Of a DNA stretch of 64,000 bases, positions 16,078 through 24,967 are shown in pieces. Every line of letters starts with the position of its first letter. The stretch's first letter is position 1. The stretch is from a virus. The translations under genes were made by a program, and so were the position numbers. A model generated the notes under the pieces. That model was not told the DNA's origin, did not search any database, and saw nothing but the letters and a program-made list of their open reading frames with translations. The stretch spans positions 1-64,000 of the IMG/VR virus record IMGVR_UViG_3300009181_000044. The stretch is one strand, 5' to 3'.

Positions 16078-16106
16078 TTGACTTTTATGTGCTTATCCAG
16101 TATAAT
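16078..16106 (+). promoter_or_regulatory. sigma70 promoter for head genes
   Basis: TTGACT-N17-TATAAT. Confidence 0.75.
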
Positions 16107-16160
16107 ACTAGGAAATGTACTGGCTGGTTTAAAGAAATTTTACGGCTAACAGGAAAAATT

Positions 16161-16601
16161 ATGGACAAAGAACAATACTTACAGGCATTACGCGTAGCGT
16201 TTGCTAGCGAATTCAGTTTTTTCTTAAAGGCTGCCAACTTCCACTGGAATGTAGAAGGGTCACTATTCCCACAATATCACGAATTGTTTGGTAATATTTA
16301 CCAAGAAGTTTATGGGTCAATTGATGCCTTTGCCGAGGAACTACGTGCTGCCCGAATTTATACGCCAGCGGCTTTTGAAACACTAGATGAGCTTTCAGAA
16401 GTTGAATGTCAAGAGCTAGTACCCAACGGTATGCAGATGACACAAGAATTATTGGCTGACTCAGACTTAATGGCAGAAATGTTTCATGAAGTGTTTATGA
16501 TGGCAGAAGCGCAACACGATCACGGTCTATCAAACTTTTTAGCAGACCGTCAAGATGCTCACCGCAAGCATTCATGGATGTTACGCAGCACACTAAAATA
16601 A
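16161..16601 (+). CDS. dps: Dps / ferritin-like DNA-protection protein
   Basis: FHWNVEG.LFPQYHELF...IDAFAEELR...HRKHSWML. Confidence 0.92.
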   Translation: MDKEQYLQALRVAFASEFSFFLKAANFHWNVEGSLFPQYHELFGNIYQEVYGSIDAFAEELRAARIYTPAAFETLDELSEVECQELVPNGMQMTQELLADSDLMAEMFHEVFMMAEAQHDHGLSNFLADRQDAHRKHSWMLRSTLK

Positions 16602-17033
16602 ATGGCTAAGAACACAAATAAACGTATTCCTGTTAAGTGGGTCAGAGACCGTGCTAAAGCAGCTTACGAAAAGAAGACTAGCTGTCACATCTGCGAAACC
16701 GCAGCAGACTTAGAGCTTCATCATTTACACTCAGTAACAATACTCTTAGAAACATGGGCTGAACAAAAAGGCTATGACATTTCTACTGATGATGGTATTT
16801 TAGCCGTAAGAGACGAGTTTATCAGCGAGCATCATGTTGAGTTGTATGAAGAAGTTTACACCCTTTGTAATCGTCATCATGTAGCGTTGCATAGTGTTTA
16901 TGGTAAGGCTCCACAACCTGGATCGGAACCGAAACAGGCCCGTTGGATCGGGATACAGCGTGAAAAATTCTTGACAGGTGGAACCGTTGTACCCACAACA
17001 AGTTCAGGTAGTTTTTTCTCTGAGTTTATCTAA
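16602..17033 (+). CDS. HNH nicking endonuclease (T5 portal-adjacent type)
   Basis: CHIC...LELHH...TLCNRHH..LH; same position as the T5 nickase. Confidence 0.8.
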   Translation: MAKNTNKRIPVKWVRDRAKAAYEKKTSCHICETAADLELHHLHSVTILLETWAEQKGYDISTDDGILAVRDEFISEHHVELYEEVYTLCNRHHVALHSVYGKAPQPGSEPKQARWIGIQREKFLTGGTVVPTTSSGSFFSEFI

Positions 17034-17044
17034 AGGGAAAAGTT

Positions 17045-18229
17045 ATGTCATGGATTACACGTACAGGTGATTGGTTTCGCACAAAGCTGAACCCAGCACA
17101 ATCAAGAATCGCACAAAGCGAAGGTAGCCGAATAGGTACTACCGCAAAAATTGGTTATTTACAAGCGTTTCAGAAACTAGAAGCTGTAAATAGATCAGTT
17201 AACATGGTAGTCTCAGCTTGCGCCAGCCTAGACTACGACGTTAAAGACAAAATACACGAAGGTATTGTTACTGGCATTCGTCAGAAACAACTATCTACAC
17301 TGCTGAACTTTAGGCCTAATCCTTATCAGTCAGCCCAAGATTTCAGAATGGCGATTTTCCAAGACTTAATCTTGGATGGTAATGTGTTTGTACACTTTGA
17401 TGGTGTATTTATGTATCACTTACCAGCCAAAGACGTACAAATTTTACCTGATACAAAAACGTTTGTTCAGGGTTACTTGTACAACGGATTAGTAGAGTTC
17501 AAAGAATCAGAAGTGTTCCACTTCAAAGATATTAATTCTAGAAGTATCTATCGCGGTAGTTCTAGAGTTGAAGCAGCAGACCAGTCAATCAATCTGCTAT
17601 ATTCAATGAAAGATTTCCAAGATCATTTCTTTGATAATGGAGCAGTTTTTGGATTAATCTTAACTAGTGATAATACACTATCACAAGTTGCTAAAGATAA
17701 AACTATTCAAAACTGGTTGCAACGATACAGTGCTAAATCCGGTGGTAAAAAGCCCGTAATCTTAGACTCAGGTTTAAAACCCCATTCAGTATCACAAACA
17801 AGTTTCAAGGAAATGGATTTTGATCTTTCAATCAAGACTCATTCAGCCATGATTATGCAAGCAATTGGAGTTCCGCCGATCTTAATGGAAGGTGGAAATA
17901 ACGCCAATATCAGCCCAAATTTACGACTATTTTACTTAGAAACAGTAATGCCTATTGTTAGAAGATTTACTTCTTCTTTAGAAAGATATTACGGTTACGA
18001 CATAGAAGCAATTACAAGCTCTGTTGGCGCATTACAGCCAGAATTAAAAGAGCTTGCCGCATACCACTCAACACTAGTTAATGCAGGAATTATTACTGCT
18101 AACGAAGCACGAAAAGAATTACGTTATGAGCCTATAGCAGGCAATGACGAAATAAGGATACCAGCTAATATTGCTGGTTCAGCTGCTAACCCAGCTCAAG
18201 GAGGACGTCCCGCCTCCGCTAAAGAATAA
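17045..18229 (+). CDS. portal protein (HK97/T5 pb7 type)
   Basis: RPNPYQSAQDF, GVPPIL, GIITANEAR. Confidence 0.95.
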   Translation: MSWITRTGDWFRTKLNPAQSRIAQSEGSRIGTTAKIGYLQAFQKLEAVNRSVNMVVSACASLDYDVKDKIHEGIVTGIRQKQLSTLLNFRPNPYQSAQDFRMAIFQDLILDGNVFVHFDGVFMYHLPAKDVQILPDTKTFVQGYLYNGLVEFKESEVFHFKDINSRSIYRGSSRVEAADQSINLLYSMKDFQDHFFDNGAVFGLILTSDNTLSQVAKDKTIQNWLQRYSAKSGGKKPVILDSGLKPHSVSQTSFKEMDFDLSIKTHSAMIMQAIGVPPILMEGGNNANISPNLRLFYLETVMPIVRRFTSSLERYYGYDIEAITSSVGALQPELKELAAYHSTLVNAGIITANEARKELRYEPIAGNDEIRIPANIAGSAANPAQGGRPASAKE

Positions 18230-18240
18230 CAAGGGGTAAT

Positions 18241-20187
18241 ATGGTAGACAAAAACAAAGTACTGCACCTAAACAGTACATTCATCAAAAGTGAAACACTA
18301 CCTACCAAAGACGGAATGATCGACTCTATCACAATCGAAGGTTACGCAAGTACCAATGATATGGATAGACAAGGTGACGTTGTCCCGACTAATGTCTGGG
18401 AAGCGGGAATGGAAAATTACTTAAAAAACCCAGTAATTTTAGCCTACCACGATCATTCAGAGCCAGTCGGTAGGATGATAGAACATAGAATTGACGGCAA
18501 AGGATTGTGGATTAAAGCCAGAATCTCAGCAGCTGCTGACGATGTGTTTAATCTTGTAAAGGACGGCATACTGACCGCATTTAGTATTGGATTCCGTATC
18601 TTAGATGCAGAGTACAACAGTGCAGCAGAAGTGTTTGTAGTTAAGGAACTGGAATTGCACGAAATATCAGTAGTGTCAGTACCAGCTAATCAAAATACAA
18701 TATTTAGTCTTTCTAAAGCGTTTAACGACGCAGAAGAATTTAAATCTTTCAAAATGCAATTTGCACCCAAAAGCGAGTCAGCTAAAGGGCTAGAATCCTC
18801 TACGGAAGCAAAAAGCGACATTAATAAGGAATGGAACATCATGGATCCAAAAGAATTAGAAACATTGTTAGCAGCTACAGCACAAAAAGCCGCTGAACAA
18901 ACAGCAAAAGCTATTGCAGATCAAAATGCAAAAGCACAAGCTGATCAAGCTGCAAAAGCACAAGCTGAAGCAGACTTAACAGCAAAAATCAAATCAGCAA
19001 TGAGCACAGTAGATACTGGTGCTGAGCGTTTACTAGCCGAAGTTGAAAAGCGTCTAGCTGCAACTGAAGAAAGCCACAAAGGTGCTCTAGAAGGTCTAGA
19101 AACTGCTCTAAGAGAAAAAGCTGCCGAAATTGAAGCTATCACAAAGTCTCGCATGACTTTCAGCGACAGCAAGCAAGATGGTATGGCTTACGCTGACAAA
19201 GAAAAAGCAGTTATGCTAGCTAAAATGACTGGCAAAGCTCTAGAAAGCACAAAACTAGGTCGTGATCTAGTACAAAAATACGGTGCTCACGTACCATCAG
19301 CTACCTGGGAACAAGAAGTATCTTTAAACCTAGAGTCTGAAGTTCGTCGTCGTTTAGTTGTTGCTCCTATTTTCCGCAACATTGCTATGCAGACCAACGT
19401 AATGACAATTCCAGTAAATCCAGAAGCAGGTACTGCTACTTGGGTTACTAACGCTGACTTTGGCGCTGTTCCTGGAAGTGTTGGTGTTGCTGGTGCAAGT
19501 GCTGGTGGCAATGCTACTCATGCATTAAAAGAGATTACTCTAAATGCATACAAACTAGCTACAAACGAGTACACAGCATACGAAGAAGAAGAAGACGCAC
19601 TATTGGCTCTAATGCCAATCATCCGTGACGGTATGGTTCGTCGTGTTGCTCGCGCTGTTGACAAAGCATTCTTGTTAGGTGCTGGTTCAGGCGGTGACCC
19701 TGTTAAAGGTCTAAGCATCTGGGCAAGCAATACTACAGCTACTGGTAACACAGTTGCTGCTGGTATGACAGTTGCTAAAATGCGCACTTTACGTCAAGGT
19801 CTTGGTGCTTGGGGTCTAGACCCACAAGAAGTAATTTATATCGTTAATACCGATGTATATTACCAGTTGCTAGAAGACACAGTCTTCCAGACAATGAACC
19901 AAGTTGGTACACAAGCTACATTACTAACTGGTCAAATCGGCCAGATCGGTGGCAGCCCAGTATTAGTTTCCGCAGAGTTTGCTACCCCAGGAACTGGTGT
20001 TGCAGGCGCAGTCTGTGTAAACCCAGGTAACTTCATTGTTGGTAACCAACGTGGTCTACGCATTGATACTCAAGAATTAGTTGAAACACAACGCCGTGTT
20101 ATGGTAGCTAGCCTACGTACCGGTATGACTCGTGTTACTACTAACCTAGGTAACGCTGTAACAGCACACAAGTACACAGCATCTTAA
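18241..20187 (+). CDS. fused prohead protease + major capsid protein
   Basis: N-terminal IEGYAST...HDH...FSIGF...EISVVSVPAN protease, then coiled-coil delta domain and HK97-fold capsid; internal AAGGA-ATG at 18841. Confidence 0.92.
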   Translation: MVDKNKVLHLNSTFIKSETLPTKDGMIDSITIEGYASTNDMDRQGDVVPTNVWEAGMENYLKNPVILAYHDHSEPVGRMIEHRIDGKGLWIKARISAAADDVFNLVKDGILTAFSIGFRILDAEYNSAAEVFVVKELELHEISVVSVPANQNTIFSLSKAFNDAEEFKSFKMQFAPKSESAKGLESSTEAKSDINKEWNIMDPKELETLLAATAQKAAEQTAKAIADQNAKAQADQAAKAQAEADLTAKIKSAMSTVDTGAERLLAEVEKRLAATEESHKGALEGLETALREKAAEIEAITKSRMTFSDSKQDGMAYADKEKAVMLAKMTGKALESTKLGRDLVQKYGAHVPSATWEQEVSLNLESEVRRRLVVAPIFRNIAMQTNVMTIPVNPEAGTATWVTNADFGAVPGSVGVAGASAGGNATHALKEITLNAYKLATNEYTAYEEEEDALLALMPIIRDGMVRRVARAVDKAFLLGAGSGGDPVKGLSIWASNTTATGNTVAAGMTVAKMRTLRQGLGAWGLDPQEVIYIVNTDVYYQLLEDTVFQTMNQVGTQATLLTGQIGQIGGSPVLVSAEFATPGTGVAGAVCVNPGNFIVGNQRGLRIDTQELVETQRRVMVASLRTGMTRVTTNLGNAVTAHKYTAS

Positions 20188-20277
20188 TTTTATTAAGTAG
20201 TTGATGTTGACAGGGCTTAACCGCCCTGTCTTTTAAAAGGATTTTCAGAGTCCTTTTAAAAGACAAGAGAGGCAAAT

Positions 20278-20844
20278 ATGGGATTAAATCTAACAACTAG
20301 AGCAGACTATAAAGCCTATGTGGGTATAAAAAGTACAACTCAAGACGCAGTAATTGACGCACTAATACCAAGAGTATCAGACTTTGTTAAAAACTACTGC
20401 AAAAGAACTTTTGTAGATAATTGGGATACTGCAAGAGTAGAAGCATTTGACGGCGGGTTTGATAGACTTATCTTAGCTGAGAATCCAGTTAGAGCTATTT
20501 CTACAGTACAATACAGTATTGACTTTGGTCAAACATTTACAGCTTTAACACAATATACAGACTACGTTATTGATGGATATACGGTACGAAGCACACTATC
20601 TTCAGGATTTCCATACTTACTACGCGGCTATAAAGTCACTTATACTGGTGGATACGAAGATACTCCTCAAGACCTAGAGCTAGCAATCTTTGATTTAATG
20701 AGCTACTACCTAAAAAATGATAGTGCAGTACATAGTCAAAAACTACCAAGTCCAAATACTACACAGATACAGTATATTAACGATTCACAGTTACCGGCCC
20801 ATATTAAACGTGTACTAGACAGTTATCAGGCGGATTATACATAA
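20278..20844 (+). CDS. head completion / adaptor protein
   Basis: YCKRTF...VTYTGGY...P.DL.LA; follows capsid gene. Confidence 0.8.
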   Translation: MGLNLTTRADYKAYVGIKSTTQDAVIDALIPRVSDFVKNYCKRTFVDNWDTARVEAFDGGFDRLILAENPVRAISTVQYSIDFGQTFTALTQYTDYVIDGYTVRSTLSSGFPYLLRGYKVTYTGGYEDTPQDLELAIFDLMSYYLKNDSAVHSQKLPSPNTTQIQYINDSQLPAHIKRVLDSYQADYT

Positions 20845-22241
20845 TGGCCAGTAAAGTAACTCTCAAAGATCTTATAAGCACACTAGATCCACAAATTAGG
20901 TCTAGCTTATTGTATGATACACGAACATTAGATTTAGACAAAAGACCGCACGTTTTAGATATTTCTAAAACGAGTTTACAGGTTAACAATCGTGGCAATA
21001 CTATTCCATCTTTTAACGAGTTATATAATACATTTATCGAAGTAGTAGCTAAAAAAGTACCGGCTTCTAGAACATTTAGTTCAATTGATCAGATACCAGG
21101 TAATTATTTTAAATCATCAAAACCTTATTTAATATATGTAAATAGTGGATCACTGCAGTTACTTTTGTCAATGTCTTTTAAGTCTATTCAAGAGTTTGTT
21201 AGTGATGTTGTCAGAGACCCTAAATTGGTTAAAACAGCATTTGGAGTACGAGAAAATAAAAAGCCAGAGTGGGAAGGTCAGCCAGTCGAAGACTGGAAAC
21301 TTGCCGGCACTACTAGCCTTTTAGACATAGGACATATTCCTAGTGCTGAATCTGCCGAATACTTTGTATCACCACTAGCACAAAAAATTGGCACAATTTT
21401 AGATAACTTTGAAGCAAGAGGTATTTCAGCTAATAGTGAGGCATATAAACTTGCGGTTGATAGTCTTAATAAAATAACAAGTATTCAAGCAAAAGTTGAT
21501 TACGAATTTAGAAACAGTACACCAGAAGTATTTCAAAAAGTAGAAAACCTATTTGGAACAATGTTTGTTGCAGTAACCATACAAACTTCCGATATTAACC
21601 AAAAAGAGTTTGGTGACAAAGAATTAAAGATATTTCAAGCATTTAAAGAAAAGCTAGCCATATACTTAGCAAAACCCAGTTTAGTTAAAAGTTACTTAGG
21701 TTTAAGTGGTTCAAATACCATATTACAAGATATAGAACAAGCTTTTGTTGATATATTAAAAACTGGTAAAAGTAAGTTAAAAATACACGCTAAACAAAAA
21801 AGTACTAAAGGCAAACAAACAAAAATTGGAGTAAGTAATAAACTACCAATAACTAGTACTATTAAATCAAAGATTGGTAAACCTGCAGCACCTGTTACTA
21901 AACAGCTTAATACCGTAAACTTACCTGTTCTTTTACTTTTTATAAATCAGCACCTACAAGATGTTATAAGCGCTAATATGGGTGACGGTTCCCGTAGCGA
22001 TATTTTAAACTACAGAACAGGTAGATTTGCTGCCTCTGCACAAGTTACGGCACTATCACAAAGTCGTGAAGGCCTGATAACTGCTTTTTATAGTTACATG
22101 AAGAATCCTTACGCAACTTTTAGTGACGGCGGCAAACAAGCAAGACCACGATCTAGAGATCCTAAACTGCTAATAGGTACTTCAATTAAAGAGATCGCTG
22201 CTCAGCAGGTAACAAATAGATTAAGGGCAGTATTAGTATGA
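20844..22241 (+). CDS. tail completion (neck) protein, T5 p143-like C-terminus
   Basis: LNYRTGRFA...YMKNPYATF...RDPKLLI; synteny. Confidence 0.65.
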   Translation: MASKVTLKDLISTLDPQIRSSLLYDTRTLDLDKRPHVLDISKTSLQVNNRGNTIPSFNELYNTFIEVVAKKVPASRTFSSIDQIPGNYFKSSKPYLIYVNSGSLQLLLSMSFKSIQEFVSDVVRDPKLVKTAFGVRENKKPEWEGQPVEDWKLAGTTSLLDIGHIPSAESAEYFVSPLAQKIGTILDNFEARGISANSEAYKLAVDSLNKITSIQAKVDYEFRNSTPEVFQKVENLFGTMFVAVTIQTSDINQKEFGDKELKIFQAFKEKLAIYLAKPSLVKSYLGLSGSNTILQDIEQAFVDILKTGKSKLKIHAKQKSTKGKQTKIGVSNKLPITSTIKSKIGKPAAPVTKQLNTVNLPVLLLFINQHLQDVISANMGDGSRSDILNYRTGRFAASAQVTALSQSREGLITAFYSYMKNPYATFSDGGKQARPRSRDPKLLIGTSIKEIAAQQVTNRLRAVLV

Positions 22242-22675
22242 GTCGTAGAACATCAATAATAACAGCATTAGCCACAAAGTTAAATACAATTAACGGCACA
22301 AGTCCTTATAGCACTAACTTGTTTAGTAATGCTTATGCTAAATTAAAATTCTGGGATGAAGTAAATGACTTTCCGTCAGTTTATATGAGTCCAGGAATGG
22401 AGCAACGTGAATATCTTCCAGGAGATTTTGCCTGGGGATACTTAGGCGTATCAATAAAAGTTTATTGCAAAGGCGAAGATTGCCAACAGCAACTAGAACT
22501 TTTATTACAAGATATAGAAACTTGTGTAGATGCAAATCGTAGATTGGTTTATAATAGTACCAACAACTTTGAGACAACAGAGATATTGGTTCAAAGTATA
22601 ACTACCGATGAGGGCTTACTATACCCTTACGCAGTCGGTGAAATTAACTTGCAAGTCCGATATCAGGTCATGTGA
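22238..22675 (+). CDS. tail terminator protein
   Basis: RRTSIITAL...FWDEVNDFP...SITTDEGLL.PY.VGEI, T5 p142-like. Confidence 0.8.
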   Translation: MSRRTSIITALATKLNTINGTSPYSTNLFSNAYAKLKFWDEVNDFPSVYMSPGMEQREYLPGDFAWGYLGVSIKVYCKGEDCQQQLELLLQDIETCVDANRRLVYNSTNNFETTEILVQSITTDEGLLYPYAVGEINLQVRYQVM

Positions 22676-22750
22676 GCAACCATGCGGCAGTGCTAACAAC
22701 AGATAAATGTCTAGTTTATGTACTAAAGCATTAACAAAAAAGGAAATGAA

Positions 22751-23971
22751 ATGGCATTTAATTTAATTCGTAACGCCAGAGTATTCTTTACCACAAATAC
22801 TAACTCTTTTGGAGTAGTTAATACTGGTACAATGACCAGCACTAACACCTTTGAATTACAAGTTTTAGATGGTTTAAGTTTTACTCAGAACACAACAACA
22901 GAAACAATTACGCTAAACGAAGCAGGTGCAACACCTAATCGTGGTCAGCGTAACTTCAACACTGCCTTAGAGCCAGTTGACTTTTCGTTTAGTACTTATA
23001 TTCGCCCACGCGATCTTGACCCACAACCAAGTGGAACAGGCTCACACCAAGTTACTGCTGAAGAAAGACACTTGTGGAACGCAATGTTTGGCTACACAGC
23101 ACTAGGTGCCGCTGGCGCAACTGGTGCCGCAGGTCAAGCTTGGTCTGATGGTCCCGATGATGCAGTTACAACAAGCTACGCTACTGTAACACTAAGCAAT
23201 TCTAACAGAAATCAACTACTACAGTTTGGCTTAATTATTGTTCTAGATGACGCAACTTTTGTTATTGACAATTGCGTTATGGATACAGCAACCATGGACT
23301 TTGGTTTAGATACAATTGCTATGGTACAGTGGGCAGGTAAAGCTAGTGCTATTCGTCAGTTTGACAAAACTACATTAACTAACGGTTCTGGTATAGTTAC
23401 TGCAACAGCAGTAAACTCAAGTAATACACCGTTCACTGGTACCGCTGTTCTTAAAGATACACAAGCTGCTTATCTAGCTAATAAATTAAGCACAGTTACC
23501 CTAAAATCAGGTATCTCAGGTTCTGGCTCTACTTATGATATTGCCCTAACAGGTGGTTCAGTAACTATTGCTAACAATATCACGTACTTAACACCAAGTA
23601 ACTTGGGCGTTGTTAACCAGCCAATTACCTACTTTACAGGTACACGTTCTGTAACTGGATCTATTAATGCTTACCTACGTACTGGTTCACTAAGTGCAAC
23701 AGCACTTTATAATGCATTGGTTACAGCAAGTGCAACAGATGTTAACCCAGCGTATAACTTGTCTTTAAGTGTTGGTGGTAGCTCAAGCGCAACAACTCGC
23801 GTTGACTTGTTAATGCCAGCTGTTGTATTGCAGATTCCTACAATTGCAACTGAACAAGTTATTTCTACCACAATCGGATTTACTGCGCAAGGTTATGCCA
23901 GCACTTCATTCGACATTGGTGCAAACAACGAAATTGAACTTCGTTACTTCGTAGCTAATACTAACTATTAA
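22751..23971 (+). CDS. major tail tube protein (T5 pb6-like)
   Basis: LIRNARVF...ITLNEAG..P.RG...FN.AL.P...SFSTYIRP. Confidence 0.9.
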   Translation: MAFNLIRNARVFFTTNTNSFGVVNTGTMTSTNTFELQVLDGLSFTQNTTTETITLNEAGATPNRGQRNFNTALEPVDFSFSTYIRPRDLDPQPSGTGSHQVTAEERHLWNAMFGYTALGAAGATGAAGQAWSDGPDDAVTTSYATVTLSNSNRNQLLQFGLIIVLDDATFVIDNCVMDTATMDFGLDTIAMVQWAGKASAIRQFDKTTLTNGSGIVTATAVNSSNTPFTGTAVLKDTQAAYLANKLSTVTLKSGISGSGSTYDIALTGGSVTIANNITYLTPSNLGVVNQPITYFTGTRSVTGSINAYLRTGSLSATALYNALVTASATDVNPAYNLSLSVGGSSSATTRVDLLMPAVVLQIPTIATEQVISTTIGFTAQGYASTSFDIGANNEIELRYFVANTNY

Positions 23972-24049
23972 TCATAGTTTTATAGATGCCGGCACGATCA
24001 CCGGCATCTCTTTTTAACCATCCATATTAAATTAATAACAAGGGCAATA

Positions 24050-24466
24050 ATGTCTCAACTTTCTTTAAAATCAATGCTAGTACCAAGTAAAACCAATGTG
24101 GTTGAATACCCAGGTATGCCAGGCCTTGAAATTACTATCAACTTTTTAAGCCGAGAAATTTTACAAACAATTCGTAAAAAAGCAACTAAAACTAGTTTTA
24201 AGAATCGCCAAGCAGTCGAAGAACTGAATGACGATTTATTTCTGGACTTATATGTTCAGAACTCAATTAAAGGCTGGAAAGGATTTAAAATGTCCTATCT
24301 AGAACAACTAGCACCAGTTGAAGTGGCTGAAGGTGAAGCGGATACTGAACTAGAATATACACAAGACAATGCTCTCGCACTAATGAAAGCATCTAGTAGC
24401 TTTGACAGTTTTATTAGCGAACAGGTTACAGACCTGGGAAACTTTTCGACGAACAAACAGAGTTAG
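24050..24466 (+). CDS. tail assembly chaperone (G-like)
   Basis: EYPGMPGL...IKGWKG; lies between tube and tape measure genes. Confidence 0.8.
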   Translation: MSQLSLKSMLVPSKTNVVEYPGMPGLEITINFLSREILQTIRKKATKTSFKNRQAVEELNDDLFLDLYVQNSIKGWKGFKMSYLEQLAPVEVAEGEADTELEYTQDNALALMKASSSFDSFISEQVTDLGNFSTNKQS

Positions 24467-24480
24467 TCGTAAACTGTTTG
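24436..24480 (+). other. -1 programmed frameshift site with pseudoknot
   Basis: G GGA AAC slippery heptamer; CGAC/GTCG and CAAACAG/CTGTTTG crossing stems; next ORF is in the -1 frame. Confidence 0.75.
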
Positions 24481-24840
24481 GAAAACTACTTTCAAAACTC
24501 TGACGTTGGTATGACCAAGGATCAATATTTTGAAATGTGTGAAGCACTAAATACTGAACCAGTTGACTCAGATATACCAGTAGAATACTTAGACTTTCCT
24601 GTTGAAATACAGCAAGTTTTTAATATTTACTTTTTAATGAGCGACATATGGGATGGAATGAATGGAACCTATCAAGGTAAGAATACTTCAATAATTTTTG
24701 AACTATTGAATGTGTATGATATACCGCACGAAGATAGATTAATCTATTTAACGTTTATTCGTGCTATGGATAATATCCGTAAGCGACTGATAAATGAAAA
24801 GGTAAGACAAGCGCACGATAAAAAGCCCTCCACAAGTTAG
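24478..24840 (+). CDS. tail assembly chaperone frameshift extension (T-like)
   Basis: -1 frame ORF lacking a good start of its own. Confidence 0.7.
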   Translation: MENYFQNSDVGMTKDQYFEMCEALNTEPVDSDIPVEYLDFPVEIQQVFNIYFLMSDIWDGMNGTYQGKNTSIIFELLNVYDIPHEDRLIYLTFIRAMDNIRKRLINEKVRQAHDKKPSTS

Positions 24841-24874
24841 TTGAGGGCTTTTTTATTGCTTGAAATTTTTTGGT

Positions 24875-24903
24875 TTGACAGTTTTTAGTCCACGTGATAT
24901 AAT
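24875..24903 (+). promoter_or_regulatory. sigma70 promoter for tape measure operon
   Basis: TTGACA-N17-TATAAT right after a terminator (24823-24855). Confidence 0.8.
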
Positions 24904-24967
24904 GAGTGACAGTTATGAATATTTGCTGTAGAAGTGTTTCTACAGCCATATAATGCCGGGAGAATCC

